Shown: positions 25,635 to 36,948 of the stretch, in pieces | Layout of the letters: each line of letters begins with the position of its first letter | Numbering within the stretch: position 1 is the first letter of the stretch | NCBI GenBank assembly: GCA_964106915.2 | Contig: OZ066919.1 | DNA from: Podarcis gaigeae | Taxonomy: Eukaryota | Reading direction: 5' to 3' (one strand) | DNA: 64,000 nt | Translations under genes and position numbers: made by a program | The notes under the pieces: generated by a model | Databases searched by the model: none | Told to the model about the DNA's origin: nothing | The model's input: the letters and a program-made list of their open reading frames with translations, nothing else

Positions 25635-25828
25635 TGCCCAGTGCTCCACCTCGGAAAGTGGAGGTAGAATCAGTGAACTCCACAACCATTCGTGTTACCT
25701 GGAAGTCACCTATCTCTAACAAGCAGCATGGCCAGATCCGAGGCTACCAAGTCATCTGTGTGAAGCTGGAGAATAATGAGCCAGTTGGGTTGCCTATCAT
25801 GAAAGACGTCATGGTAGCAGAGTCCCAG
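25635..25828 (+). CDS. PTPRF: Exon encoding first part of FN3 repeat 5 (194 nt)
   Basis: ttccag|TGCCC...TCCCAG|gtatat; [16 protein letters not shown]...KDVMVAESQ. Confidence 0.95.
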
Positions 25829-28032
25829 GTATATCCTGGTATGAGTGGGATGGATGGATGGATGCATGCATGGACAGACAGATAAATAATATATTTTGGA
25901 GAAGGGTCTGTATTTGCTTTGTCATGGGCTTTTTCACTTTATATGGTTAGAGAGAAAGAGAGCTATATTATGGCAAAGAACATGCATTTTCTTTGTTACA
26001 GGCTTCCTTACTATAGTTGAGAGCCTAAAACAAATTTTGGGAGAGAACGATGTGGAAAGGGTTGAGATGGAATGTACTGGGAGTACCAGGGAGCAGGACA
26101 AGGCAGATGTTTCTGGGACTTCTACAGTTGCAGTCTAGGTGTGATCATTTGTGAGCTAGACTGTTTGAATGGCACCCAATAGGATTACTGGAGAGCTATG
26201 TTGACTAATTAATATATCTCATTAATACAACACTTGATTCATTTGCATCTTTCTCAGCAGGGAGTAAAGCACAGCCAACCCCCCAACACACATACAACCA
26301 CTACCCACCCCACATACAACCCAAAACCACCCCAACAAGGAGTGAGGGAGTGACCGGGGGGGGGGGATAAAGTGAGACAAAGACCTGCTAGCTCAAGACT
26401 TCACTGCTCAGCTTAGACCATCATGATTCCTACAGACTTTGTCGAATTTTGGTATTTGTGAAGCAGCCCAGCGCCTCTTCCAATTTCCTCAAAGTTGTCC
26501 TTTAGGCTGGTGAAATTAATCATCAACTTGCTGCCGTGTTCTTTTGGTCTTTGGGGTTAAAGATTTGGTCCCAAGTAAACTATGCTGTTAATCTCCTCTA
26601 AATGAAATAACTTGATTACATTTGCTTTTTGAACTGGGGGAAGGGGTTCCTCTGTTAGAGAGAAAGTGAACCTTCCTGGGCATTAAGAACAGATTTCACC
26701 ACTGTTCTTTTAGAACACTAAGTTTGCAAGTGCATGTTCCATGGTCTCCTGTCCTTCATGGGCATGTCTCTGCATTAGTGTGTCCCCATATGGCAGAGAT
26801 CAGAGGCTAGCTAATGTCCCTTCCCATCTGTCCTTTGAAAGGTAAAAATGCATTATAGTAGTCTGCCGCCATATCTTGCTGAATTCCTAGATTCTTCCTA
26901 TCCTACTTCCCTTCCAGGGTAAATTTATATAGAAAGGAGTTTCATAGGTTCAGTTTACCTTGCTGAAGGTGGGAACTGAGACCTTATGATAGGGAAACAT
27001 TTCCTTATGCACCCCCCCCCGTACCTCTTTTGTTCACTACCTATGGCTACAGTGCTAAGTGCTTTTATCATGCACATTTTATTGACTCTGATATTCCTCA
27101 GCCATGTGACTGGGAGCGAATCCCAAAAGAGTTAAGAACCAATTATGTAATATTTCTGAGCCTGGCAGGTTAGACTGCCACCTCATCCCACTCCACCACT
27201 GCCTTCCACTTGGACCTTGGAGACAGAGGCAGGGAATCTTCAGACCACCTGGGAGGTTTGCTTGCCAGGCCGCTTTGGGTAAAGAATGCCCTTTCCCATT
27301 CCTCCCCTTCCCCCTTCAAGTGCCCATCCGTCCGTCATATTAGTTGAAACCAGGAGGACTGCCTTACCATATACACACTTTCCTGCTTCCTGGAATTACC
27401 TAACACAAAAGCCAAATAGGCCATATAAACCTGCTGTCTCTTAGCTTCGCTACACAGTCTGAGTAACTCATTGCTCAGATGCAGACCAAGTTGTATTTGA
27501 CCATTCCTGCTTCCCTGCTTGCCTCTAGCCCTGGCATTGCTTCATTCTGATTTACTTCCTGATGCCATGCTTCATTTATTTCTTATGTGATCATCCAGTT
27601 TCCGGCTGAGATGCTTCACAGTATTTTGTAGAGCTCATGCCTTAGGCCAATCCTGGCTCAGTTCATCCTTGGATTGGATCTGGGCTGTTTTCACACCTTG
27701 TACTTTGATACTGTGTGGTATCAAATAAGGCATCTAACGGTAGAGTCTCTTCTCAGACTGTCTGATTTGCAGCCACAGGCTTCCTTCCTTATGGAAATGT
27801 TCACACATAGAGGCATAGAGACAAAGACTATATAGATGGAACAAATAACTTTAAGTTTATTCAGATGACTATAGGAAAATGAAGCTAATGTCTGCCATTT
27901 CTTACAATCCCATACATATTTAGGATTATGTATTAAAATTATATATGGGAGCTTTCAGGAAGCAATAATCAGTTTAGAGAACAAGATTTCCTAGCCCTCG
28001 TATATGTAGTTAAGGAGAAATATGAATGTGTA

Positions 28033-28363
28033 AAGGTAAAGGGACCCCTGACCATTAGGTCCAGTCGTGGCAGACTCTGGGGTTGCGGCGCTCATCTCGC
28101 TTTACTGGCCGAGGGAGCCGGCGTACAGCATGACTAAGCCGCTTCTGGCAAACCAGAGCAGCACACAGAAACGCTGTTTACCTTCCCGCCGGAGCGGTAC
28201 CTATTTATCTACTTGCACTTTGACGTGCTTTCGAACTGCTAGGTTGGCAGGAGCTGGGACCGAGCAACGGGAGCTCACCCCGTCGCGGGGATTCGAACTG
28301 CCGACCTTCTGATCGGCAAGTCCTAGGCTCTGTGGTTTAACCCACAGCGCCACCTGCATTCCC
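28033..28363 (-). mobile_element. Sauria-type SINE, near full length, 11-bp TSD
   Basis: Pol III A/B-box-like head (GGTGGCGCTGTGG, GTTCGAATCC) on minus strand, (TTTACC) tail, TSD ATGAATGTGTA at 28022-28032 and 28364-28374. Confidence 0.92.
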
Positions 28364-28608
28364 ATGAATGTGTAGGAAGCATCTGAAATTTACCCATCAA
28401 TTAGAAAAGGGTGGATTTGTCTTCCAGTACTTAGAGTTACTGTTTTGAAGTCAGGTTACACCCTCCTCCCTATTGTGTTTAGCATCTCACAATTAATTTA
28501 AACCACAAAAATAATCTAGGTACAATAATTTGGTACAAAATTAATTTGGGTGTTACTATGTCTTTAGATCCTTAGGTCGCTGGTTCGTTTCTAGTTCGAA
28601 GGACCAAA

Positions 28609-28729
28609 GGGATGTGGGTGGCGCTGTGGGTTAAACCACAGAGCCTAGGACTTGCCGATCAGAAGGTTGGCGGTTCGAATCCCCACGACGGGGTGAGCTC
28701 CCGTTGCTCGGTTCCTGCTCCTGCCCACC
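28609..28729 (+). mobile_element. Sauria-type SINE, 5' head only
   Basis: gggatgtgggtggcgctgtgggttaaaccacagagcctaggacttgccgatcagaaggttggcggttcgaatcccc; reverse complement of 28244-28363. Confidence 0.9.
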
Positions 28730-28820
28730 AACAGGATGCTGGTGTAGATGGGCCATGTTAAAAAGTTGCAAGCCTTCAGAATAGAATAAGAGCATAGGCA
28801 GCTGTCTTATACTTATATCA

Positions 28821-28981
28821 CATCCACACTGTATGTTTAAAGCACATGGTGTCTCTCCCCCCGCCCCCCCAAAAAAAGAATTCTGGGAACTGTAGTTTGA
28901 ATTTTTGCTCTATGAGGGATAAACTACAATTCCCAGAATACTCTGGGGGAAGCCCTGTGCTTTAAATTCATGTTGTGGATG
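28821..28981. mobile_element. Palindromic MITE nested in an older repeat fragment
   Basis: Ends CATCCACA/TGTGGATG; internal inverted arms ttctgggaactgtagttt / aaactacaattcccagaa. Confidence 0.6.
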
Positions 28982-30144
28982 AGTCAAATCCAGTGGTCCA
29001 TCTAGCTCAGCAGTCTCTGACAGCAGCTTGAGATAGCACAAGCACATAAATATGTCTTTAGAACTAGCCATCTCCACACCAAAGAACAAGAAGAATAGCA
29101 ACCTCTCCTCTGAGACGAGGATTCTGTAACTACTTAAGTTGGCTTTATTAGCAAAATCCACATGATATCCATTGGTAAAAAACAAACAAAAAAACCCGAC
29201 ACCTGAAGTGAAGAATTATTGTGCATTTAGCAGGCGTGTGTATGTGCTTCTAGGGCAAATCTTCACTACAATGACAGTTCACACGCAGGGGAAATAAATG
29301 TCAGGGTAGGGCTAGTCCAAGTAATCCATATCACAGCTCTCTCCCCCAGAACTGCAGACATGGTCAGAGAGACAGTGGCTATAGAGAGTCATGATGAAGA
29401 CTAAAATGAAATGCTGTAAGGGCATTGCAGCCAGCATAAATACCAGCTGCCAGTGTTAGCTCCACTTGTATTGGTTCTGGTGCTCCCAAGCAGTGGCAGC
29501 AGCTGAATCTTTTTTATTAAGACCACTGCCTTCCTAAAACCCATTTATCTTACTCAGCAACGCTAAATACTTAAGAAGCAATTGGGCTGGTTTAGCAGAG
29601 AAATGTTTTTATCTGCAGGTGACTGTTTCATAAATTCAGACATTTGGCTGGAGCAGATTTCAGAGAGATGCTCCTTCTGTGGAGGTTCCTCTGATCTGTG
29701 AGGAGATTAGAGTCTGGTGAAGATGTCAGGGTAAACACTACATTTAAATAAACTGTTAAGATTGAATGGGTGCCACCAGGATGCTGGTCTGCTTCACATA
29801 TTTCTGCTTTGCCCTTCAGGGAAATTGTGGAGTTCTCCTGCAGTTTGGAGCATTTTGCTCATTTGCACAGTCTGCTTTCACGGTCTGCTTATTGATATTG
29901 GCTTGGATGTCATATTTTCAATACATTTTATATATGCAAAATCTATCATCATTCTGGTATAATAATCATTGTTATCATTATCACCTCACTTTTCAGGAAA
30001 CATTAGATGTAGCTTACAAAAATAAGTAGTAAAATAAAATACAATCTAAAAGAAATACATAAAATATTAAAAATAGCAGGAATAAAACATAGGAATTAAA
30101 CAACAGCAGTCCATAAAGGCTCTAGAAGAAACAGATATTTCTTC

Positions 30145-31082
30145 CTTTATTTAAACAATTTATACCCCATTTTTAAGCTTCACAAAGGGCCCCCAGACAT
30201 AATAAAAAATACAAGCACTGATGAATAATAAAACAGAATATAGAACAGCAAGGATAAAAACCCTCAAATCAAGCTAAAAGCTTGGTGAAGCAAAAAAAAA
30301 AAATATGTAACTCTCGAAAACTCCATTCAGGCTTCTTGGGGAAGGAATTGTACAGCTTGGGCACCACAACCAAGAAGCCCCTGTCCCAAAAAAGTCCTTA
30401 AAAAGCCAATGCAATTCTGGGCTGCATCAATAGGAGTATAGCATCTAGATCAAGGGAAGTAATAGTGCCACTGTATTCTGCTCTGGTCAGACCTCACTTG
30501 GAATACTGTGTCCAGTTCTGGGCACCACAGTTCAAGAAGGACACTGACAAACTGGAACGTGTCCGGAGGAGGGCAACCAAAATGGTCAAAGGCCTGGAAA
30601 CGATGCCTTATGAGGAACGGCTAAGGGAGCTGGGCATGTTTAGCCTGGAGAAGAGGAGGTTACGGGGTGATATGATAGCCATGTTCAAATATATAAAAGG
30701 ATGTCACATAGAGGAGGGAGAAAGGTTGCTTTCTGCTGCTCCAGAGAAGCGGACACGGAGCAATGGATCCAAACTACAAGAAAGAAGATTCCACCTAAAC
30801 ATTAGGAAGAACTTCCTGACAGTAAGAGCTGTTCGACAGTGGAATTTGCTGCCAAGGAGTGTGGTGGAGTCTCCTTCTTTGGAGGTCTTTAAGCAGAGGC
30901 TTGACAACCATATGTCAGGAGTGCTCTGATGGTGTTTCCTGCTTGGCAGGGGGTTGGACTTGATGGCCCTTGTGGTCTCTTCCAACTCTATGATTCTATG
31001 ATTCATGTCCCAGTCAGTTGGATGTCCCCAAACAGCAGGATATGGAGCAGGGCTTTGAATGAAGAGTGTAGTGGGCCGGCAG
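30145..31082 (-). mobile_element. Old L2-like 3' fragment interrupted by the CR1 at 30399-31004
   Basis: tttatacccc...gggaaggaattgtacagcttgggcaccacaaccaagaagcccctgtccc continues after the CR1 as atgtcccagtcag...gcagggc; same motif as 53820-53945 and 61550-61625. Confidence 0.55.
30399..31004 (+). mobile_element. CR1 LINE, 5'-truncated 3' fragment (ORF2 C-terminus and 3'UTR)
   Basis: Open frame [20 protein letters not shown]...LEKRRLRGD...FKQRLDNH to TGA at 30929; terminal octamer repeat (TTCTATGA)n. Confidence 0.95.
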
Positions 31083-31648
31083 CCCTTAGAAACAAAATAT
31101 TGTGTGTGTGTGTTTTTCCTTTTTCAATAAAAGCTTAAAACGCTCGGAAGGCAGAAATCTCTTTCTAGTACCAAATTCTGTACAACTTCAAAGCAGGAGG
31201 GAAATCAATCGAATGCACACAGGCTTGGATATAGTCTACTGCTTTTGTTTATAATATTTCTAACCCACTCTTCATCACAATGGATCCCAGAATGGGGTGA
31301 AAACAAACATTCATATTGATAGAATACTTCTGAGCAGGCAGCTGAGAAATGTAATTATTAATTAGCTTGAGAGAAAGCAAGTTTAATACAGATATAGGAG
31401 CTCACATTCTGATATACACAGAGCAAGTTAAGGCACCTTTGCAGTCTCACCTGCAGATGGCTGAGCAAGAAACCAGCCTTTGATGTAGCACACTGTAACC
31501 TCATAGATTGCAACATTCTTGAGCAGTGATCAGCTGTGCATATTTTCATGTTCCTGTGAACAGACAGGATAGACGTTCATATCATTGTCTTGAATAATTG
31601 TGCCATTTCGTGTCTCGTTCATCCTAGGAGAATACCTTCTCCTTTGCA

Positions 31649-31837
<189 letters not shown>

Positions 31838-33916
31838 TCAGTGTGTGTTCTTCCCTATCTCCTCCTTTCTTTTATTAATTCTCCATCCTCTGAATCCCCC
31901 TTTGCATAGGTGTTGCCTAAGCATTTATAAAACATGGTTTGATTGTATTACTTTACTTGGGCCTGCGCCTCTGCTCTCACTGCTTGCCAGCCTTGTCTAC
32001 ATGTCACCCCTCCAAATCCCCAGCCCTCTTCCACTTTACACCTCAACCCCGCAAACCTCACCCAAAGCCTCTCCCCTTTACACTTCACCACTGGTAGGGT
32101 GAAATGAAGTAAATGAAGAGGAGAAAGTCTTTTCTCACCTTAGCACTCCTGCCCTGCTGCAAGTTTCCTTTTAATTGTCCCACCACTGTCACTCAGAGAG
32201 AGAAAAAGAAATTGCATTTTAAAATGCAGGCTTTTTCTCTCCTTCCCGCAGCAACAGCCTCCCAGCAGAACAGCAGGCAGGCAAGAGGGGAAGGCAGACC
32301 AGGCAAGCAGAATGGGTGGCCCAAGTGAGCCGCACAGCAGCAGAAAGGACAGAGTTGGACATTTGGCTCTGCTGCTGCTTCCTGCCTCATTGTCCTCCAA
32401 TGCTGGACCAAAACTGTGGTTGCTGGGGAACTGTCCTGCCCTGCCCTGGCTGTTTCTCTGTGACTTGCCTGTCCACAACCCACACCACTTGCCTGGACTA
32501 CCTGCCACCCGTGTCACTCACCTGCCTGTCTAGGCTGCCTGCCTGCTGTTCCGTCATCACTCTGCAGTTGGTCACACCAACTGCAGTGTGACAACATTAT
32601 TACAATCTTAATACATAACAAGAAAAACTGAAGTTCATTAAAACACAATGACACACATTTTTAAAATGCCATTGTTGGGAATGGAAGTGGGCAGTGATTG
32701 AGATAGTGGCAGTACATTTTGTGAACTGGAGGAAGCAGAATTGAGGGGAGGGGGAGTTTCCAAAGCAGGGCTGTGGACATGTACAGACCTGCGGCTCTCT
32801 TGATTACTTCTATGGGACATCATGTCTTTGCAGCAGTTTCAGGTATTTCTTCCTACAACAGCTTTTGCTGCTGGCTGGTGCCTTAGTAACCGTGGATCTC
32901 ACTTGTTTTGAAGAGCTTGCTTCTAGGTTTTGCTGCCAGTGAAAACATATGTGTCGCTGCCAAACTCATTTGCTACAGAGCAAGTTGCAGCAAAGAGCTC
33001 CTCTGTCCAGACAGTTCAGTAGTATGAGATCACTTGCCTGCCTGGGGTGGGGTGGATGCGAATCCTTGTGAGCCTTCCTTCAGAACCCAAGCATGTTGCT
33101 TTGGAAGGCAAAGAGATGAGTAAATGAGACGTGCACCATAAATCTGCTTGCTTTGTACGATGCACTTTAGGTAAATGCACTCTTTGCAAGAATTTAAGTA
33201 ACTCTGCTTGATGCAAGAAACTTAGAAATTGATTACACTGATGATCATGCTGCTTCTCTGGCTGGTTTTTGAGGAAGCTTATCTCAGTATACAGGTATTG
33301 CTTATCTTAACAGGGAGGGTTACAGGAGTCTGAGAATTATGGTTGAAAGGGTTCAGCTGGTGGAGGGGGGGGGGCAAGTATTGCCCTGAAGCTTTGGTAG
33401 GTCATTTTTTCTGATTTGGTTTGAGTCTCTTGGCTTGTGCTGTCTCATCAGAGGCTCTGGAGCCCAGCCACAGCATTTCACGAAGACATTTCTATGTCCT
33501 ATTTCCACTAGGATCATTCACTACAGGAGGAACATACTATTTTCACACGTGTTTCTGTTAATTCCTTTATTGCTAACAGTAGCAATATGCTGTTTCTAAA
33601 GCTGGTGTCCAGAGCTAGCATATGTACCTACATAATGTAACATATCAAACTCCCAGGTTAGTGTGTATAGGATTGCAGCCTTAGATAGTCTGCAGTTTGA
33701 AGAGGGGGGTTGTTTCTGTAGTTCTTGGGGGGGGGGGAGCGGAGAGAAAGAGAGTTACAATTCTTTGTGTGAGAGAGGTGTTTGTGGAAGAAAGCAGCAG
33801 ATACACTTAGGGGTCCAGATAGTGCCAAATCTCGTGTGTGTGCTTGCATGTGTTAATAATCCATAGTTTGTCATCACAGTTCCCTTACTCTTTCCTCCTT
33901 CCTGTCCCCCTATCAG

Positions 33917-33943
33917 TTAAGGTTTAAAGACGCTATTGACCAC
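33917..33943 (+). CDS. PTPRF: 27-nt micro-exon meC (LASE-c) in FN3 repeat 5, encodes LRFKDAIDH
   Basis: cccctatcag|TTAAGGTTTAAAGACGCTATTGACCAC|gtaagt; phase 0-0; strong pyrimidine tract and perfect donor; same length and position as human WRPEESEDY. Confidence 0.85.
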
Positions 33944-36011
33944 GTAAGTACCATTTGTTAGAGTGTTTGCTTGGATCAGATGGGTCTGAGGATCATTTTG
34001 TGAAATCTGTGTGCATAGTGCTGTCAAAACACCCCTGTCAATCCTCAGATGGTTCTAGGGAGTTGCTCTGTGGAGCTTCCACCAGCCACAAATCCTGAGC
34101 AAATTGGCATTTAGATTGCTGCTAAATGCAGAAAAGCAATTGACATTTTTCATAATCTGTATTTCCAGCTTGTTGCAATGCAATTTCAGGCAGATGCGGG
34201 GGGAGCAGCCCACTTTCTACAGTCTTTGGTCCAGCTCGTTACATGGCAGAGTCAGATCTGTAATCTTTAAACCTCATTGATCCCAGTCGTGAAAAATACC
34301 CTGTTCTCTCAGCTGTGACCTTTGGTTGAAACAGAAGCTGTAATAAGAACACAATCACATTCAAACAGTTAAATTCAATTTTTCCAAGTAATTTTGAGAT
34401 ATAAATTTGGAGGAACAAGCTTGAAAATTACCTTTGGAGAAAGAGAGATTAAGTTACATACCCTGCTGTGGCTTCCCTCGTCTCTTAGCAGAAGGACTTT
34501 GCTTAGAAGGGGTTTGCAGCGACAGCCCTATGTATGGTATCTCTCATTCCACCTTCTTTCTTTCCTCTCTCCCCCTAACTTGCTTTGTTCTAGTGGCATG
34601 CTCTTCCCTGTGTGAGAATTACTCTCCTGTGTGGACTGTGGTGATGACTACTTCTTTTCGTAGCCTTTGTGTTGTGTGTTTGAGTATCTCCCTCTATATC
34701 AATTTATTGCCATTGATTGATTTTGCTCTCTCATACAACTCCAGGGGGAAAAGGAAATCTTACTTGAACTCTGATTTTGGTGTCATTCTGATTTCTGTTT
34801 GCTAATTTGGGTTTGCAAATGAAAGCAATGAAGGAATAATCTGGGTTAGGTGGCTGAATCCTGTAACTTACCTGGGCTGCCAGTGAGAAAAAGCCTATTC
34901 ACATTTGTTTGTTTGTTTGTTTTATTCAAGTAATTAACAATTACATGACAGCCAAAAACAAAGCACCCTGACAAACCAAGGTTCTAGGAAGAGATTGTGC
35001 TCTATCTATCCATCACAATACAGATTTATTCCTGGTTATATCACATTTTTATTTTTGTGCATTAACAGTCATTCCTTCATGCATAGGGTTAATGGTTGAA
35101 ATTCTACTAGAAAACTGCTAGAGGTTGTCTTTGAGCAGGTCTTTCTCTGTGGAGTCCTTCACAAGGGTCCATATTTGCTAATATAATGTAGAAGGTTTGA
35201 GAGAGCTGGAGTAAGCTTATGGTTACAAAGCCAAACCTGTCAAGTGATCCAGTGAGATAGTTCAAGGTCCTACTGCTACTTGCCCCTGCTGGTGTCTCTA
35301 GCCTGCACAGCTGGGGACAATACCATTGAGAAGGTAACAGATCCTGTGGCCTATAGATCCTGTGGCCTTTGTTTTGTGTAGAATTTTATGCTTGCTCTCT
35401 CACCTTACATTTTTCCTGATGTATGTAGCATGGGTAGTTTATTTTTAAGAAGCACGACTCTTGAATACTGTGGTTGGTGAGCATGTTATGGCAAGTGGCA
35501 GATCCACTAGCTATATTGCTGCTCATCCCAGGGCCTTCTGCTGGAAGAGACAAGTGAGTGGTCTGCTTCTGTTCTGTTATATGTACTGAAGTTAACACTT
35601 TAGCTGAGATGGAAGGGCTGCTACTTTCTTGTTACAATAGGTTTACAACCAGTCCTTTTCATCTTTTGCCCATGTATCTGTGGGGTAAATGGCAGCACTA
35701 TGAACAGAGAAGACTGCTTCATGCCCTTATTACATGACTGTGTAGCAGTTTGCCCTGCCAGGTATAGCAAAAGAATGTGCTTGTTTGTGGCCTGTTGATA
35801 TGAGGAAGCACTTTGTCTCCAATAAGCATCTCATGACAATTAAAAGTCAATATATGATGCTGCTGGAAGGTGCTGTTCATAAGTGAAAATAAGACACAGA
35901 ACCTTGCCAGGCTCAGAGACTAAAAGACAAGACAACAAGGGAAGGCAAGTGGAGGGAAGTTTTAAATGTTTGATTTTTATATATGCTGTAGGCCGTTTAG
36001 AGATGGATGGG

Positions 36012-36012
<1 letters not shown>

Positions 36013-36056
<44 letters not shown>
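36013..36056. repeat. (TAT)n microsatellite
   Basis: Direct reading. Confidence 0.95.
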
Positions 36057-36830
36057 GTCTGTCAGTACCAGAACAAAAAGAGATTAATTGTTAATAGACA
36101 TTTACTTCCAGTTAGCACCAGCTTGATCTTCCCTTTCTGGCAGTCTTGCCGGGATGGAAATGGTGAAACTACTCAGTAGCCCTTGGTTGTCCTTTTACCA
36201 GTAACAAGTTCACTTGTGGTAGAAGTTGTGGGAAAGTTGTTCTTCCCTTCCCACTTCAGTTTGCTGTATTTTGTTGGGTCCCTGTTTCTTGCAGTGAACT
36301 TCCTTGGCTATCCAGAATTATATGCTGGGCAATTTGTCTAGAAATTGGGCTGCAACTAACGACTGCTGCAATTGCATTGGCAGTTGCAAGTGTTGAGTTT
36401 GACAAACTGCTCCAGACAAACCAACCCTTTCATCCCATGTTGGAAATAGGGGAAAATGTGTGGATTTGTTCATGTGATTTAGTGAAAATGGGTGCTTTCT
36501 GGCAAAGGGAGGTGCACAGGAAACACAACAAAAGTAGCCTATGACAAAACATACCCTGGCTTACTTCACAGAGGCCAGAAAATACTGGGTTGCATCAACT
36601 AACCTAGGAACATGTTTTCTCAATGCAACTTTCACTTGTCATCAGTGATGCGAGAGATGGAGGCCCTGTATCCAAAGTAATCTCATTAAAAAGTTAATAT
36701 AACTTCAGGGTCAGTTTTCCGTCTTGTGTGTTTTGGAACTAAATGGGTCAAATATCCAAAGTAAAGAAATGCTCTTATATTCCTGCCTTCCTTAATTTGA
36801 TAACGAGCTAAAAATGTCTGTTTCCCACAG

Positions 36831-36948
36831 GAAACCCTCATAGGAGGCCTTTTACCCGAAACAACCTATTCTATCAGCATCGCAGCCTACACCACCAAAG
36901 GGGATGGGGCCCGCAGCAGGGACAAGGTGGTTACTACAAGTGGAGCAG
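36831..36948 (+). CDS. PTPRF: Exon encoding second part of FN3 repeat 5 (118 nt; not in ORF track)
   Basis: ccacag|GAAACC...GGAGCAG|gtgagc; [39 protein letters not shown]. Confidence 0.95.

Noticed and set aside
26810-26850. gctaat...pyrimidines...GAAAG|GTAAAA as a recursive splice site
   Set aside because: AAG acceptor with purines before it and a weak donor; much poorer than the site at 308/309.
35883-36179. Poly-Leu ORF (likewise poly-Ile ORFs at 53450-53746 and CV/HT/RE-repeat ORFs)
   Set aside because: Translations of microsatellites.
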